Positions 50,099 through 59,544 of a stretch of DNA of 60,989 nt are shown one piece after another. Under the pieces are notes generated by a model. It ran no database searches and was not told where the DNA came from. It worked only from the letters and a program-made list of their open reading frames with translations. Both the position numbers and the translations under genes were made by a program. This stretch comes from a virus (Duplodnaviria > Caudoviricetes), in the IMG/VR virus record IMGVR_UViG_3300020207_000025, positions 1 to 60,989 of that record. One strand, 5' to 3'. How positions within the stretch are numbered: the stretch's first letter is position 1; every line of letters begins with the position of its first letter.

Positions 50099-53000
50099 AA
50101 TTTTTCTTGATTCAGAATAAATTTATCAATGAACTTATTCATAGAAGTACCACCCCTTCTCAATCCAAAGTAGAAGAAATACGGTGAACCCGCGTGTATC
50201 TTGTTTTGGAACGATGCTGGTTTAGAATCTGTCACCTCAACTTGATTACCTACAATATTAGAATTGTAAATGTAACCAGGTCTCTGTGTTGACGGCATTG
50301 ATGTATTAGTACTGAAGGTATTTTGTGAGGTCAGTCTATCTTCACTTTGGAACTGTACAGAACCAATACCATCCTGAGACCTCTTACTATACCAATCATT
50401 CCATTGTGTTCCGAAGATTGTAGAACCTGTACTAACTATTTCCCATTTGTGGTACGGTACCAATTGGTCATTATGTCCATAGTTATCCGTCAAGAAGTTT
50501 GTAAGGGTATCTTCAAACGTAAATCTACCTGGACTAATCAAATCTCTGTTGATAGTATTAGCACTGAAGAAAATACCCAATACAGGGTCATATACTCTAT
50601 CGTTAACAGGAGCACCTGGATTAGATAGTTGTTGGATATATTTGATTTGACTATCCGAATAGTTTGAACCCAAATAAGGTACAACACCAAATTCAGAGTT
50701 GATACTCAATAATTGTGAAATATCACCATCCAATCTTTGGTTATCTCTTGAGAATAGTTTTGCAATTGAACCGTCACCCAAACCTATTATTTGTTCCCAG
50801 AATCCTGCGTCCGTCAATCTACTAATTGCAAACAACTGAAGAATATCTGATGTGTCGTTGTATGACGAACTTCTAATCTTATCCACAATGTACCCTTGGA
50901 ATTCAGGGTTATAACAAATTTCTTTTGTGAATAAATCTCTTGGTCCTAAATCCATCATAGTCGTCGGATTACCCAAGAACTTCTTATTAGCACCGTTGGA
51001 ACGTCCAAGGATATTCACCAATGGTGTGTTATCTCTACCGATAAATCTCTGACCTTGTGGTCGATTAGGATTGTATGGGGAAGCCCTATAGTAGAACGAA
51101 TTAGTAACTATTTGATAGACAGCGGTATCTTTACAGTAAACATAAGTTGGGGAAGTGGTAAATGTAGTTTCATTAACATCATTTCCATATACGTCATCTT
51201 TTTGGAATGCATACATATACAATGAACCATTTATCCAGTTGTTTACGAATGTCAAACTAACCACATTATTACATAAGGCAAACATCATTCTGAATCTTGC
51301 TCTCCATTCTGCAATAGATTGGAAGTCTTCGGCAAAGGCAAAGTTCTTAGTTAAAAGGTAATAACAACCTTTGTACATCTTCTTAATTTCCTTTTTATCA
51401 GACATGTAGTAACATCTATCATCTTCAGGTAATACACCAATAGTTTCACCATTACCTGAATAACACTCCAATGGTACCATACCTTCACAAGAGAATGTCT
51501 GATTGATTTGTGTTGCAATTGCACCAGCATCTTCATTGAAGTCATCTGCTCCATCTCCAAAACTATCACTCGACTCTAAATTGAACGATACAGATGTACC
51601 ATCATCACCGACGGTATAAATCGCAAACCTCTTATTTTGATGTAGTTGGAATCTTTTATATGGGTCATCTGATGTTGGTAACCTATCCGTTCTCATCACA
51701 ATTTTTTGCGAATTCAACATAGGTAAATCCAAATTAGGATTTAATTGATAATATACAGGCGAAACATAAGACCAATCACCATTACCTAATCCCAACTTCT
51801 GAGCCGCAGTAATATCATTATTTTTAGACTGAATAAGACTTCCACCTTCTACCACCTCATCATTTCTATAATTAAATTTCCAATCACTATTACCACCTTC
51901 CATTTGACTCCAAGAACCAGGAGAATTTACAGTCCTTACTGCTTGGTTTTCTGTTTTGACTGAATTTTTATAAAACGCATTATTAGGATAAATTTGATTA
52001 TTATCAATCTGATAATCCATCGATGAATAAAACTTAATGTTTTTATTCTTATAGGTTTGGTACATGTTATTGTTTGGACTAAATGAAAATGAATTAAAAT
52101 AGATTGGTAATCCTGTTTCAGTACAGTTTTGTCCATTTGCACCAATTCGATTGTGTCTTGGTATTCTCCAATCAGAGTTTGCATTTGCATATGGTTGAAT
52201 AGGAATATTCATTTTGAAATTACCCCTTACCTGTGGACCTTGACCCATATTGTACCCATATAATTTTGATAAATCATATTTGATGTCTTGTCTTGGGGTA
52301 TGTGGGTCAACACCCCTAACTAAAAATATTACACAGTGGTCTTCCCAATCAGAATTAAGCTTAATATTTGGCACTTCATGTTCGAAATAATTATTACTGG
52401 TGTTCCCATTTGGGTACACATCAGGATTTTTAGTACCAAAACTATAAAACTTTTCCACTTTTTGCCAACCAAAAATGTAAAACTGACCGAGAGTATTGTT
52501 GGGAGTACCATATGTTGACAATCCTTTAGCAGTACTGTGTAATGTGTTTTCAAATTCAGAAAGTGTCTGACCTGTAATTACTTGGAAATACTCAATATCA
52601 GTACCAAATTCATAGTTTACTGAACTTGCGGTTTCACCTGTAATTGTATATGTCTTTTGTGCCGAACCTAACGTATCAGGGTCCATATATGTAACTGTAA
52701 CATTAGAAGTACTTTGATTTTGGAACACTGTAGTACCTGTTGTTGTCCCACTAACATTAGGGTCATTTGTATTCTCAGGATTATTAAATGTGACTATTGT
52801 TCCTGATTTGAACGAATTTAATTGACCTGGGTCGAGTAACAACATCAAAACATTATCACTGTGTTTTTTGAAATTATTTTGAGTTGGATTTACATAAGTA
52901 TCAATCCTATTTTGTCCACCAAATTGGTGGTATTTTGCCTTAACATTGAATAAATTAAACCTCTCACTTAGGGTTAAGTCTCTTGACCATGTCTTTGCCT

Positions 53001-55347
53001 TAGCTTGTGGATTATCCCCACCCTTCAACCAAGGAGTTAGTGATTTAATCTCATTGTCACCCTCATATATATCATTACCGGCCATAACCGTTTGGAAACC
53101 AAACGTAAATTTAGTCCAATCGGCCTTTTCATCATCATTATAACCCACTAACCTGTCGTAGAAAGTGTTTACATTAGAATCAATTAGTAAAGTCGTATTA
53201 TCTTCTATTTCAGGTAAGTTTTGACCTTCAGCCTCACCAGCTTCTCTACCCTCACAAGCACAAGCCTGACACTCAGGATATGATAAGTTTGGTAAAGGAA
53301 TTGCAGATAACGGACATTTTTTTGGTAAATTTATACGTGAATATTTCGGACATTTAACTCTTGCACCAAACAACCATGCAACCCCATTGATAATATTACA
53401 CAACAATACAAATATTGCAAATATCACTGATAAAATGACCGATAAGAGAAGTCTTAAAATAGGCCACAGGAAACAAATTACATGACCAACCACTGTAATA
53501 GCTAATAGTATGGGTGTAAATAGTGTAACTAATAGATTAACAATTAAAAATAATAGACTGAAGTTTCTAACCCCATCATTCGTTGGGAACTTATTGGTGT
53601 CGTTCTCACATCCTCTATCCAAAATTTCTTTAATACCCAAGAACCTCGCTCGACCATAACCCGACCTATACTCGTCAATCATCTGTGACGGAGTATAAAC
53701 CTTGTTGTAGTTCATCAAATAGAACGAATCCTCACATTGTACCGCAGCATCTTTATCTGCATATTCATCCCAATCCAATGAGAACGCATAAGACTTTTGG
53801 AATTGAATGTAATCGTAGTCATACTGTTTCACCTCAACAGTAACATCCTGACCAAGAGTCTGTGGTGGGTTCCCAACTTCAATCGTAGTCTTAGTAACCT
53901 CAATAGTTAATGTACCACCATTAGGGAACTCAATCCACTTTTCATTTCTAACAACACCATTGACTGTCAGATTGATTGCTTCAAGATTCTTATTATAAGG
54001 AACAGTAACCGTAGTATTTGACGGTATCGAAATACTTTTTGTCTCAGTAATCTGACTTTGGTTAGTGAAATCTACCTCAACTATAGTCTCAGTATCTTTA
54101 GTTGCTGGGTCTACTCCTGAATTTTGTACACTACCATTCCACCCATACTCACGGATTTGTGGAACAATAAAGTTGGCTCTTTGTACCTCCCCAACAATCG
54201 GGAAAATTTGGTCACCCTCGAAAGGTGGTCCATTCTCTTCAGATTGGTACTTAATCTTAAATCTATACTTACCCTTTGTTGGAATACCAATGGTCGGGTC
54301 GTTAGATAATACGGTCTCACCAAATTCATTGGTAACCACATAATCTAAGTTCATTGGGATATCAGTGACGAACGCACCATTCTCGTCAATTACTTTACCT
54401 GAGTTTGGTAAACTGTATTGTTCCAACACAGGGTCACCATTCTCATCCACATCAATAGTCTGTCTGACCGCTAAAATTTCACCAGGTCCCGTAGCTAAGT
54501 TACATAAGTCACCCTGTTCTGTTCTCGGTTTACAGTTTGGTTTTACAGGTCTACTTTCAACATCACTGAAGACTGAACCCATAAACACCGCTGTTGGCTG
54601 AATCTCAATACCCAAATCCCTTAAATCGAAGTCGTTTCTCGTAATACCAATGTTACATAAGTCTTCTTGACCCCAAAAGGATGCCACATCAATATCTTTT
54701 ACTGAACTAATAATTTGTGGTAATTCATCAATATTTGTGGAAGCTTTGAAGTTAGAACCGTCGAACTGTTCTGCAACCCCCATGTTCATTCTAATCAAAT
54801 CCTGAGGTCTCAAAGAGAAACAACCCATATCTGATAAGTCCATATCCAATACGATTTTCTGACTACCCAATGGTACACCAGTAATCATAAAGTCACCCGA
54901 TGTGTTTGTTTTTACCGTAAATTTGTAGTATTTGTCATAAATCTCCAACACCTCACTACGAGTCATCACATCAGACCTCGAAGGGAAAGTCCCTGTCGGA
55001 GTATGTCCATTGTATTGTTTCTCGTATGGTAATAGATTATAACGGTATCCGTCCTCGTTTTTATCAGTTGGACTCTTGTATGGATACAAAGTAGATATTA
55101 CCGGGTCTTCGAGGTCCATATCATCCACAGGAATGAAGATAGACACCCTCGCGTTTGGAATACCAAAACCACTGTTGGCAACAACCCTACCAACAACCAC
55201 ACCATAATCAGCACAGAATCTGGAATAGACATCTTCCTGTCTCAACTTCAACGATAAGATTTCGAGGAAGTCAAAGTCTTGCTCAACATTCACACGAATG
55301 TTTTGGTCTGTCCCTAATTTTGTACGTATTCTATATGACTTAGACAT
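50095..55347 (-). CDS. Large baseplate/tail-associated protein with N-terminal prealbumin-like (carboxypeptidase-regulatory-like) domain and internal hydrophobic segment
   Basis: 1750 aa. GVVVGRVVANSGFGIPNARVSIF...TNTSGDFMITGVPLG. About 65-aa hydrophobic stretch followed by CxxCxC. Confidence 0.65.
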   Translation of the reverse strand: MSKSYRIRTKLGTDQNIRVNVEQDFDFLEILSLKLRQEDVYSRFCADYGVVVGRVVANSGFGIPNARVSIFIPVDDMDLEDPVISTLYPYKSPTDKNEDGYRYNLLPYEKQYNGHTPTGTFPSRSDVMTRSEVLEIYDKYYKFTVKTNTSGDFMITGVPLGSQKIVLDMDLSDMGCFSLRPQDLIRMNMGVAEQFDGSNFKASTNIDELPQIISSVKDIDVASFWGQEDLCNIGITRNDFDLRDLGIEIQPTAVFMGSVFSDVESRPVKPNCKPRTEQGDLCNLATGPGEILAVRQTIDVDENGDPVLEQYSLPNSGKVIDENGAFVTDIPMNLDYVVTNEFGETVLSNDPTIGIPTKGKYRFKIKYQSEENGPPFEGDQIFPIVGEVQRANFIVPQIREYGWNGSVQNSGVDPATKDTETIVEVDFTNQSQITETKSISIPSNTTVTVPYNKNLEAINLTVNGVVRNEKWIEFPNGGTLTIEVTKTTIEVGNPPQTLGQDVTVEVKQYDYDYIQFQKSYAFSLDWDEYADKDAAVQCEDSFYLMNYNKVYTPSQMIDEYRSGYGRARFLGIKEILDRGCENDTNKFPTNDGVRNFSLLFLIVNLLVTLFTPILLAITVVGHVICFLWPILRLLLSVILSVIFAIFVLLCNIINGVAWLFGARVKCPKYSRINLPKKCPLSAIPLPNLSYPECQACACEGREAGEAEGQNLPEIEDNTTLLIDSNVNTFYDRLVGYNDDEKADWTKFTFGFQTVMAGNDIYEGDNEIKSLTPWLKGGDNPQAKAKTWSRDLTLSERFNLFNVKAKYHQFGGQNRIDTYVNPTQNNFKKHSDNVLMLLLDPGQLNSFKSGTIVTFNNPENTNDPNVSGTTTGTTVFQNQSTSNVTVTYMDPDTLGSAQKTYTITGETASSVNYEFGTDIEYFQVITGQTLSEFENTLHSTAKGLSTYGTPNNTLGQFYIFGWQKVEKFYSFGTKNPDVYPNGNTSNNYFEHEVPNIKLNSDWEDHCVIFLVRGVDPHTPRQDIKYDLSKLYGYNMGQGPQVRGNFKMNIPIQPYANANSDWRIPRHNRIGANGQNCTETGLPIYFNSFSFSPNNNMYQTYKNKNIKFYSSMDYQIDNNQIYPNNAFYKNSVKTENQAVRTVNSPGSWSQMEGGNSDWKFNYRNDEVVEGGSLIQSKNNDITAAQKLGLGNGDWSYVSPVYYQLNPNLDLPMLNSQKIVMRTDRLPTSDDPYKRFQLHQNKRFAIYTVGDDGTSVSFNLESSDSFGDGADDFNEDAGAIATQINQTFSCEGMVPLECYSGNGETIGVLPEDDRCYYMSDKKEIKKMYKGCYYLLTKNFAFAEDFQSIAEWRARFRMMFALCNNVVSLTFVNNWINGSLYMYAFQKDDVYGNDVNETTFTTSPTYVYCKDTAVYQIVTNSFYYRASPYNPNRPQGQRFIGRDNTPLVNILGRSNGANKKFLGNPTTMMDLGPRDLFTKEICYNPEFQGYIVDKIRSSSYNDTSDILQLFAISRLTDAGFWEQIIGLGDGSIAKLFSRDNQRLDGDISQLLSINSEFGVVPYLGSNYSDSQIKYIQQLSNPGAPVNDRVYDPVLGIFFSANTINRDLISPGRFTFEDTLTNFLTDNYGHNDQLVPYHKWEIVSTGSTIFGTQWNDWYSKRSQDGIGSVQFQSEDRLTSQNTFSTNTSMPSTQRPGYIYNSNIVGNQVEVTDSKPASFQNKIHAGSPYFFYFGLRRGGTSMNKFIDKFILNQEKL

Positions 55348-55360
55348 AATGCAGTTTTAA

Positions 55361-55378
55361 GATAAATACTTATTTATC
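55361..55378. promoter_or_regulatory. Palindromic double late-motif GATAAATA-CT-TATTTATC
   Basis: Perfect 8-2-8 inverted repeat 13 nt upstream of the ATG at 55347. Confidence 0.55.
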
Positions 55379-55422
55379 CATTTTACAAATGTAAACCCAC
55401 AAGTATCTGATGTAAATTATTA

Positions 55423-57261
55423 TTATTTGTAGTCGACGTTTTTAAGGTTCTTTACTCTGACCTTAATATCCTTCTCAGGGAACCTCACTTGATAGATTTG
55501 TGATGGTTCGGCAAAGATTGTCTCATCTATTAATTGAATCTCTTTCGTCTCATTATCAGAATATCTTTGAGATGTTTCTGAAGAGGAATATTGTCCACCG
55601 ACTTTATTATAGATTTTCAAATCAGTGATTGATATTACACCTCCAACATTTTGAATGATTTGTTTCAACTGAGAAACGAATATATTCTGACCCATTGTTC
55701 TATCAGTCGGAGCCATAAATCTTGATACCTCATCAATAATTTTTGTGATAACAGTTCCTTGATTCTGACCTGAATCTAAAACAACAGATAAATCATATTC
55801 CAAATCAATGACCTGACCTACATTAATAGAAATGTAATCATTAATCATTCTGTATTTAGACAAATAATTGGCAATATTTTGTTTCAATGTATTCGATACT
55901 GTCTGTGTTAGACTACCATTAGAATCGTATGATAAAACATTGATATTGATTTTATTGTCTTTTTCAGTGATTGCCGTCTTAGCGGGTGCACCATATTTTC
56001 CTGGCATTTTTCTTATTAAAGCATTGTAGTCATTGATGGTAACCGCTCTGTTCTGAGATGCAAAGTTGAATGTTACCATATTTCTTACCTCTTCAATAGA
56101 TGGTTGATTAGCACCACCGATAGCAGCTGTTACGTTATTTACAGTCAATGAATTGACGACTGTTTGATTGTTATTATTTGATGGACCATTTACAAAGAAA
56201 TTCACAGTCCCAACTTGATTGATTGCATTCACACCAATGTTAGATGCCGCACCACCACCTACTCTATATTTGACAAATAATGTTGTATTCGCCTTAACCG
56301 TCCTACCCAATCCAATATTATTTTGGTAATCTTGAATTCTCAACGATACACCGTTTCTTGCAAATTCAGCCAATTGGTCATCGGCCGTTGTTGAACCACC
56401 ACCAAATTGTACTTTCATAAAATTATTAGGTGTATACTCAGTGATAAATCTGTTTTCTGTTTCTATATACTTCCCTACTTTGATACCAGGTACATCAGAT
56501 GGTTTAGTACTATCTTCAACAAACACAGTCGTTTCTGCCAACGATTCCACCTCATACCATCTATCCTGTGCGTTAACAAATTCAGTATATGTTGGTGTTG
56601 ATTGGAATGACGTACCATCTTTTTGTATGATATCAACAACTTCTAATACATTTCTTTCAGGTAAGAAGAATTCGAAGAATGGTTTAACATCGTTAGGATT
56701 GATTACTTTTTTGAATACTTTGGTTAGACCGTTAACAACCACCTCTCTTTTTGTGATGGTATAGTTTACCAATACATTATTAGAATCAAAATTAGGGATT
56801 TTAGTTCTGTTAGGGAAACCTTCATTATTGTATTGAGATGCAAAGTCTATATCATATACGTTCTCAAATACTTGACCTGCACCAATAACTTGTGAACCGG
56901 CTCTAAGAATACCTAAGTATCTTGAATCTTCTTGGTCACCAAGTGCCGGTACCGTAATCGAAAAATCGACAATAGCCACCGATGGTCTATTACCTGGTAT
57001 CTTCAATCCATAAGTTCTGGCTATATTGAATATAGATGAACGTTGTTGGGCGTATTGTAGAACAGTCTCTTGAATACTTCTATCAATATGGTAATTTAAG
57101 TTATCACCTATCGCGGCGTTGAGGTCCATTAACACTGAATAAACCGCAGCATCATTGAAGTTGTCTATAAGTTCAGGATAGTACTGTTTAGTATAATTTA
57201 CTAAGTCCTGTCTTAGACCTTCGAAGTCTCTTTCTGTATATGAAATCTTTTTACCTGCCAT
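55423..57261 (-). CDS. Baseplate wedge subunit (T4 gp6 / baseplate J-like)
   Basis: 612 aa. RDFEGLRQDLVNY...LMDLNAAIGDNLNYHIDR...AQQRSSIFNIA, VKYRVGGG, QNRAVTINDY. Confidence 0.85.
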   Translation of the reverse strand: MAGKKISYTERDFEGLRQDLVNYTKQYYPELIDNFNDAAVYSVLMDLNAAIGDNLNYHIDRSIQETVLQYAQQRSSIFNIARTYGLKIPGNRPSVAIVDFSITVPALGDQEDSRYLGILRAGSQVIGAGQVFENVYDIDFASQYNNEGFPNRTKIPNFDSNNVLVNYTITKREVVVNGLTKVFKKVINPNDVKPFFEFFLPERNVLEVVDIIQKDGTSFQSTPTYTEFVNAQDRWYEVESLAETTVFVEDSTKPSDVPGIKVGKYIETENRFITEYTPNNFMKVQFGGGSTTADDQLAEFARNGVSLRIQDYQNNIGLGRTVKANTTLFVKYRVGGGAASNIGVNAINQVGTVNFFVNGPSNNNNQTVVNSLTVNNVTAAIGGANQPSIEEVRNMVTFNFASQNRAVTINDYNALIRKMPGKYGAPAKTAITEKDNKININVLSYDSNGSLTQTVSNTLKQNIANYLSKYRMINDYISINVGQVIDLEYDLSVVLDSGQNQGTVITKIIDEVSRFMAPTDRTMGQNIFVSQLKQIIQNVGGVISITDLKIYNKVGGQYSSSETSQRYSDNETKEIQLIDETIFAEPSQIYQVRFPEKDIKVRVKNLKNVDYK

Positions 57262-57267
57262 CTACTA

Positions 57268-57732
57268 TTAAATATTGATGATTATGAAATCTTTTGATTG
57301 GAATGTATTGTCGGTGATGGTATAATCTATTCTCAATTTTGCCGTATATTCTTCAACACCACGACCTGGTATTCTATATATACCACCGATACCTAACTTT
57401 TCAGTATTCAAATCACCTTGCGCATCTAAATCATCCAAATAAGGTGTAATCGTTATTTCATTAATTGTTAAGTTAGGTATGTACTTTTCAACCGAATTTG
57501 TAATATCCTCTTTGATTGCTTCGAAGCTTGTACCATCCATCGGTTCGAAAATAAATTCATAAATTCGTGTTCCAAAATCAGGTAAATAATATCTACTACC
57601 CTTTCTGGTAAGTATCAAATGAAGTAAGTCAGTTCTAATCTCCTCATCAGCAGTCTGTGAAAGAGAAAGATACTTACCATCTTTACTATCCTGAAAAGGA
57701 AAATTAATACCGTATGTTTTACCGTCAGCCAT
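57268..57732 (-). CDS. Baseplate wedge subunit / sheath initiator (T4 gp25 / gpW-like)
   Basis: 154 aa. GINFPF...IRTDLLHLILTRKGSRYYLPDFGTRIYEFIFEP. Confidence 0.88.
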   Translation of the reverse strand: MADGKTYGINFPFQDSKDGKYLSLSQTADEEIRTDLLHLILTRKGSRYYLPDFGTRIYEFIFEPMDGTSFEAIKEDITNSVEKYIPNLTINEITITPYLDDLDAQGDLNTEKLGIGGIYRIPGRGVEEYTAKLRIDYTITDNTFQSKDFIIINI

Positions 57733-57736
57733 TACC

Positions 57737-57744
57737 TATAAATA
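57737..57744 (-). promoter_or_regulatory. TATTTATA putative late promoter element at the head of the baseplate operon
   Basis: 4 nt upstream of the ATG at 57732, just downstream of the nrdA terminator. Confidence 0.65.
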
Positions 57745-57767
57745 CTTTAACAATATAAATTATAAAA

Positions 57768-57791
57768 AAAAGAGGACCGAAGTCCTCTTTT
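57768..57791 (-). terminator. Intrinsic terminator (C-UUCG-G tetraloop) after nrdA
   Basis: Minus strand AAAAGAGGAC-TTCG-GTCCTCTTTTTTTT. Confidence 0.9.
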
Positions 57792-57818
57792 ATATTTGTT
57801 GTTTGTTAAAAATAACAA

Positions 57819-59525
57819 TTAACCTTCACAAGCAACACACTGTAAGTCATTCAAATTCAATTTCTTTCTTGCAAAAGCTTGAGCTGAATTCATTGAGTGT
57901 TGGTAGTATAATGTCTTAACACCCAACTGCCAAGCCTCAATAAGAAGTTTGTTAACATCCCTTGTCGGCATGTCAGGTGAAATCATTAAGTTTAGTGATT
58001 GTGATTGGTCAATGTAATCTTGACGAACCGCAGCTTGGTTGATAATTGATGATTGGTTAATCTCAGCAAATGTTCTGAAGATATCCTTTTGTTCATCACT
58101 TAAGAAGTCCAAGTGTTGTACTGAACCATCATTTTGTTTGATACTGTTCCATACGTCTTTGGTGTCCTTACCCAACTCAGCCAATACTTTCTTTAATACT
58201 GGGTTTTTGATGGTTACCTTCATCTTAGCAACGTCCTTCACATAACAGTTAGACCAAATTGGTTCAATTGATTGTGATACCTGACCTAAGATAAACGCTG
58301 AAGATGTTGTTGGTGCAATAGCATTCAACGTAACATTTCTTCTACCATAACCTTTTAGGTATTCTGGTTCACCGAACATCTCAGCTAACTTCTCTGAAGC
58401 CGCGTATGATTTCTCTTTGATAAGTTTGAATACCTCAACATTCAATCTTGCAGTGTCTCTTGTATCAAAAGCTAATCCACGTGATTGAAGTAGTGAGTGC
58501 CATCCTAACACACCCAAACCTAACGCTCTTTGTCTCTTAGCGAAGTTGTAAGCTTTCTCCAAATAGAAGAACCCTCTCTTACCTTCAATAGTTCCGTTGT
58601 CTCTAATGTCCTCAATCTTAGTTAAGAACTCTGTAACAACTGCGTCTAAGAACATAGTCATCGTTTCAACTGCGTCGGTATCTTTCCACTCGTCGTAGTG
58701 TAGAACATTCATTGATGACAATACACAAACAAATGACTCTTCTTCAGAGTTGTGAAGAGCAATCTCTGAACATAAGTTAGAGTTGTAAATCTTTGCACCT
58801 TTGTCTTTGTATACATCAACTGTTTTGTTATTCATCGTATCGTGGAACATGATGTATGGATAACCAATCTCACCTCTTCTTTGGATTACCTTTGCCCAAA
58901 TCGCTCTCTTTTCCTCATCACCAGCAATCATCTCATTCATAAACTCATCAGTCACTGTAACCGCGTGAGTTAAGTCTTGAATTGGGAAACCTTCCGTACC
59001 AATCTCCAAGAACTCCATGATATCAGGGTGTTCAACTGGTAGATATGGTGAGAAACGACCACGACGTGTTGAACCCTGAGAAATGTTATCTACAACACTC
59101 TCAAACAAGTTCATGAAGTGTACCGAACCTGGTGCAAGACCGTTGTCAGTAATTTCAGCACCTCTTTCTCTGATGTTACCAAAGTAACCTGAGGTACCTC
59201 CACCCATCTTACTCATCTCTCCAACCTCTGCTTGTGTATAAAGAATTGACTCAATATTGTCACCGATGTTAGAACCGAAACAACTTACTGGTAGACCTCT
59301 CTTCTTACCGAAGTTTGCCCATACAGGTGATGATAGTGAGTACCATCCTTTACCCATATAGTCATAAAATTTATCTGCGAAACCTTCAATACCTAAAAGG
59401 TTCTCAGCGTGGTCTGCGATTGTTCTAATTCTTTCCAACGGTTCCTCTCCCTCACTAAGATATCCTCTTTGTAGGAAGGTAATTGATTCTTCGTTAATCC
59501 ATTCAAATGGTTTTCTATCGTTCAT
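57819..59525 (-). CDS. nrdA: Ribonucleotide reductase class I alpha subunit, compact, no ATP-cone
   Basis: 568 aa. PVSCF, SNLCSEI (catalytic), FVCVLSS, AIAPTTSS, QSQSLNL, KTLYY, C-terminal CVACEG. Confidence 0.95.
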   Translation of the reverse strand: MNDRKPFEWINEESITFLQRGYLSEGEEPLERIRTIADHAENLLGIEGFADKFYDYMGKGWYSLSSPVWANFGKKRGLPVSCFGSNIGDNIESILYTQAEVGEMSKMGGGTSGYFGNIRERGAEITDNGLAPGSVHFMNLFESVVDNISQGSTRRGRFSPYLPVEHPDIMEFLEIGTEGFPIQDLTHAVTVTDEFMNEMIAGDEEKRAIWAKVIQRRGEIGYPYIMFHDTMNNKTVDVYKDKGAKIYNSNLCSEIALHNSEEESFVCVLSSMNVLHYDEWKDTDAVETMTMFLDAVVTEFLTKIEDIRDNGTIEGKRGFFYLEKAYNFAKRQRALGLGVLGWHSLLQSRGLAFDTRDTARLNVEVFKLIKEKSYAASEKLAEMFGEPEYLKGYGRRNVTLNAIAPTTSSAFILGQVSQSIEPIWSNCYVKDVAKMKVTIKNPVLKKVLAELGKDTKDVWNSIKQNDGSVQHLDFLSDEQKDIFRTFAEINQSSIINQAAVRQDYIDQSQSLNLMISPDMPTRDVNKLLIEAWQLGVKTLYYQHSMNSAQAFARKKLNLNDLQCVACEG

Positions 59526-59544
59526 TTTTTGTTAATGTTTTTTG

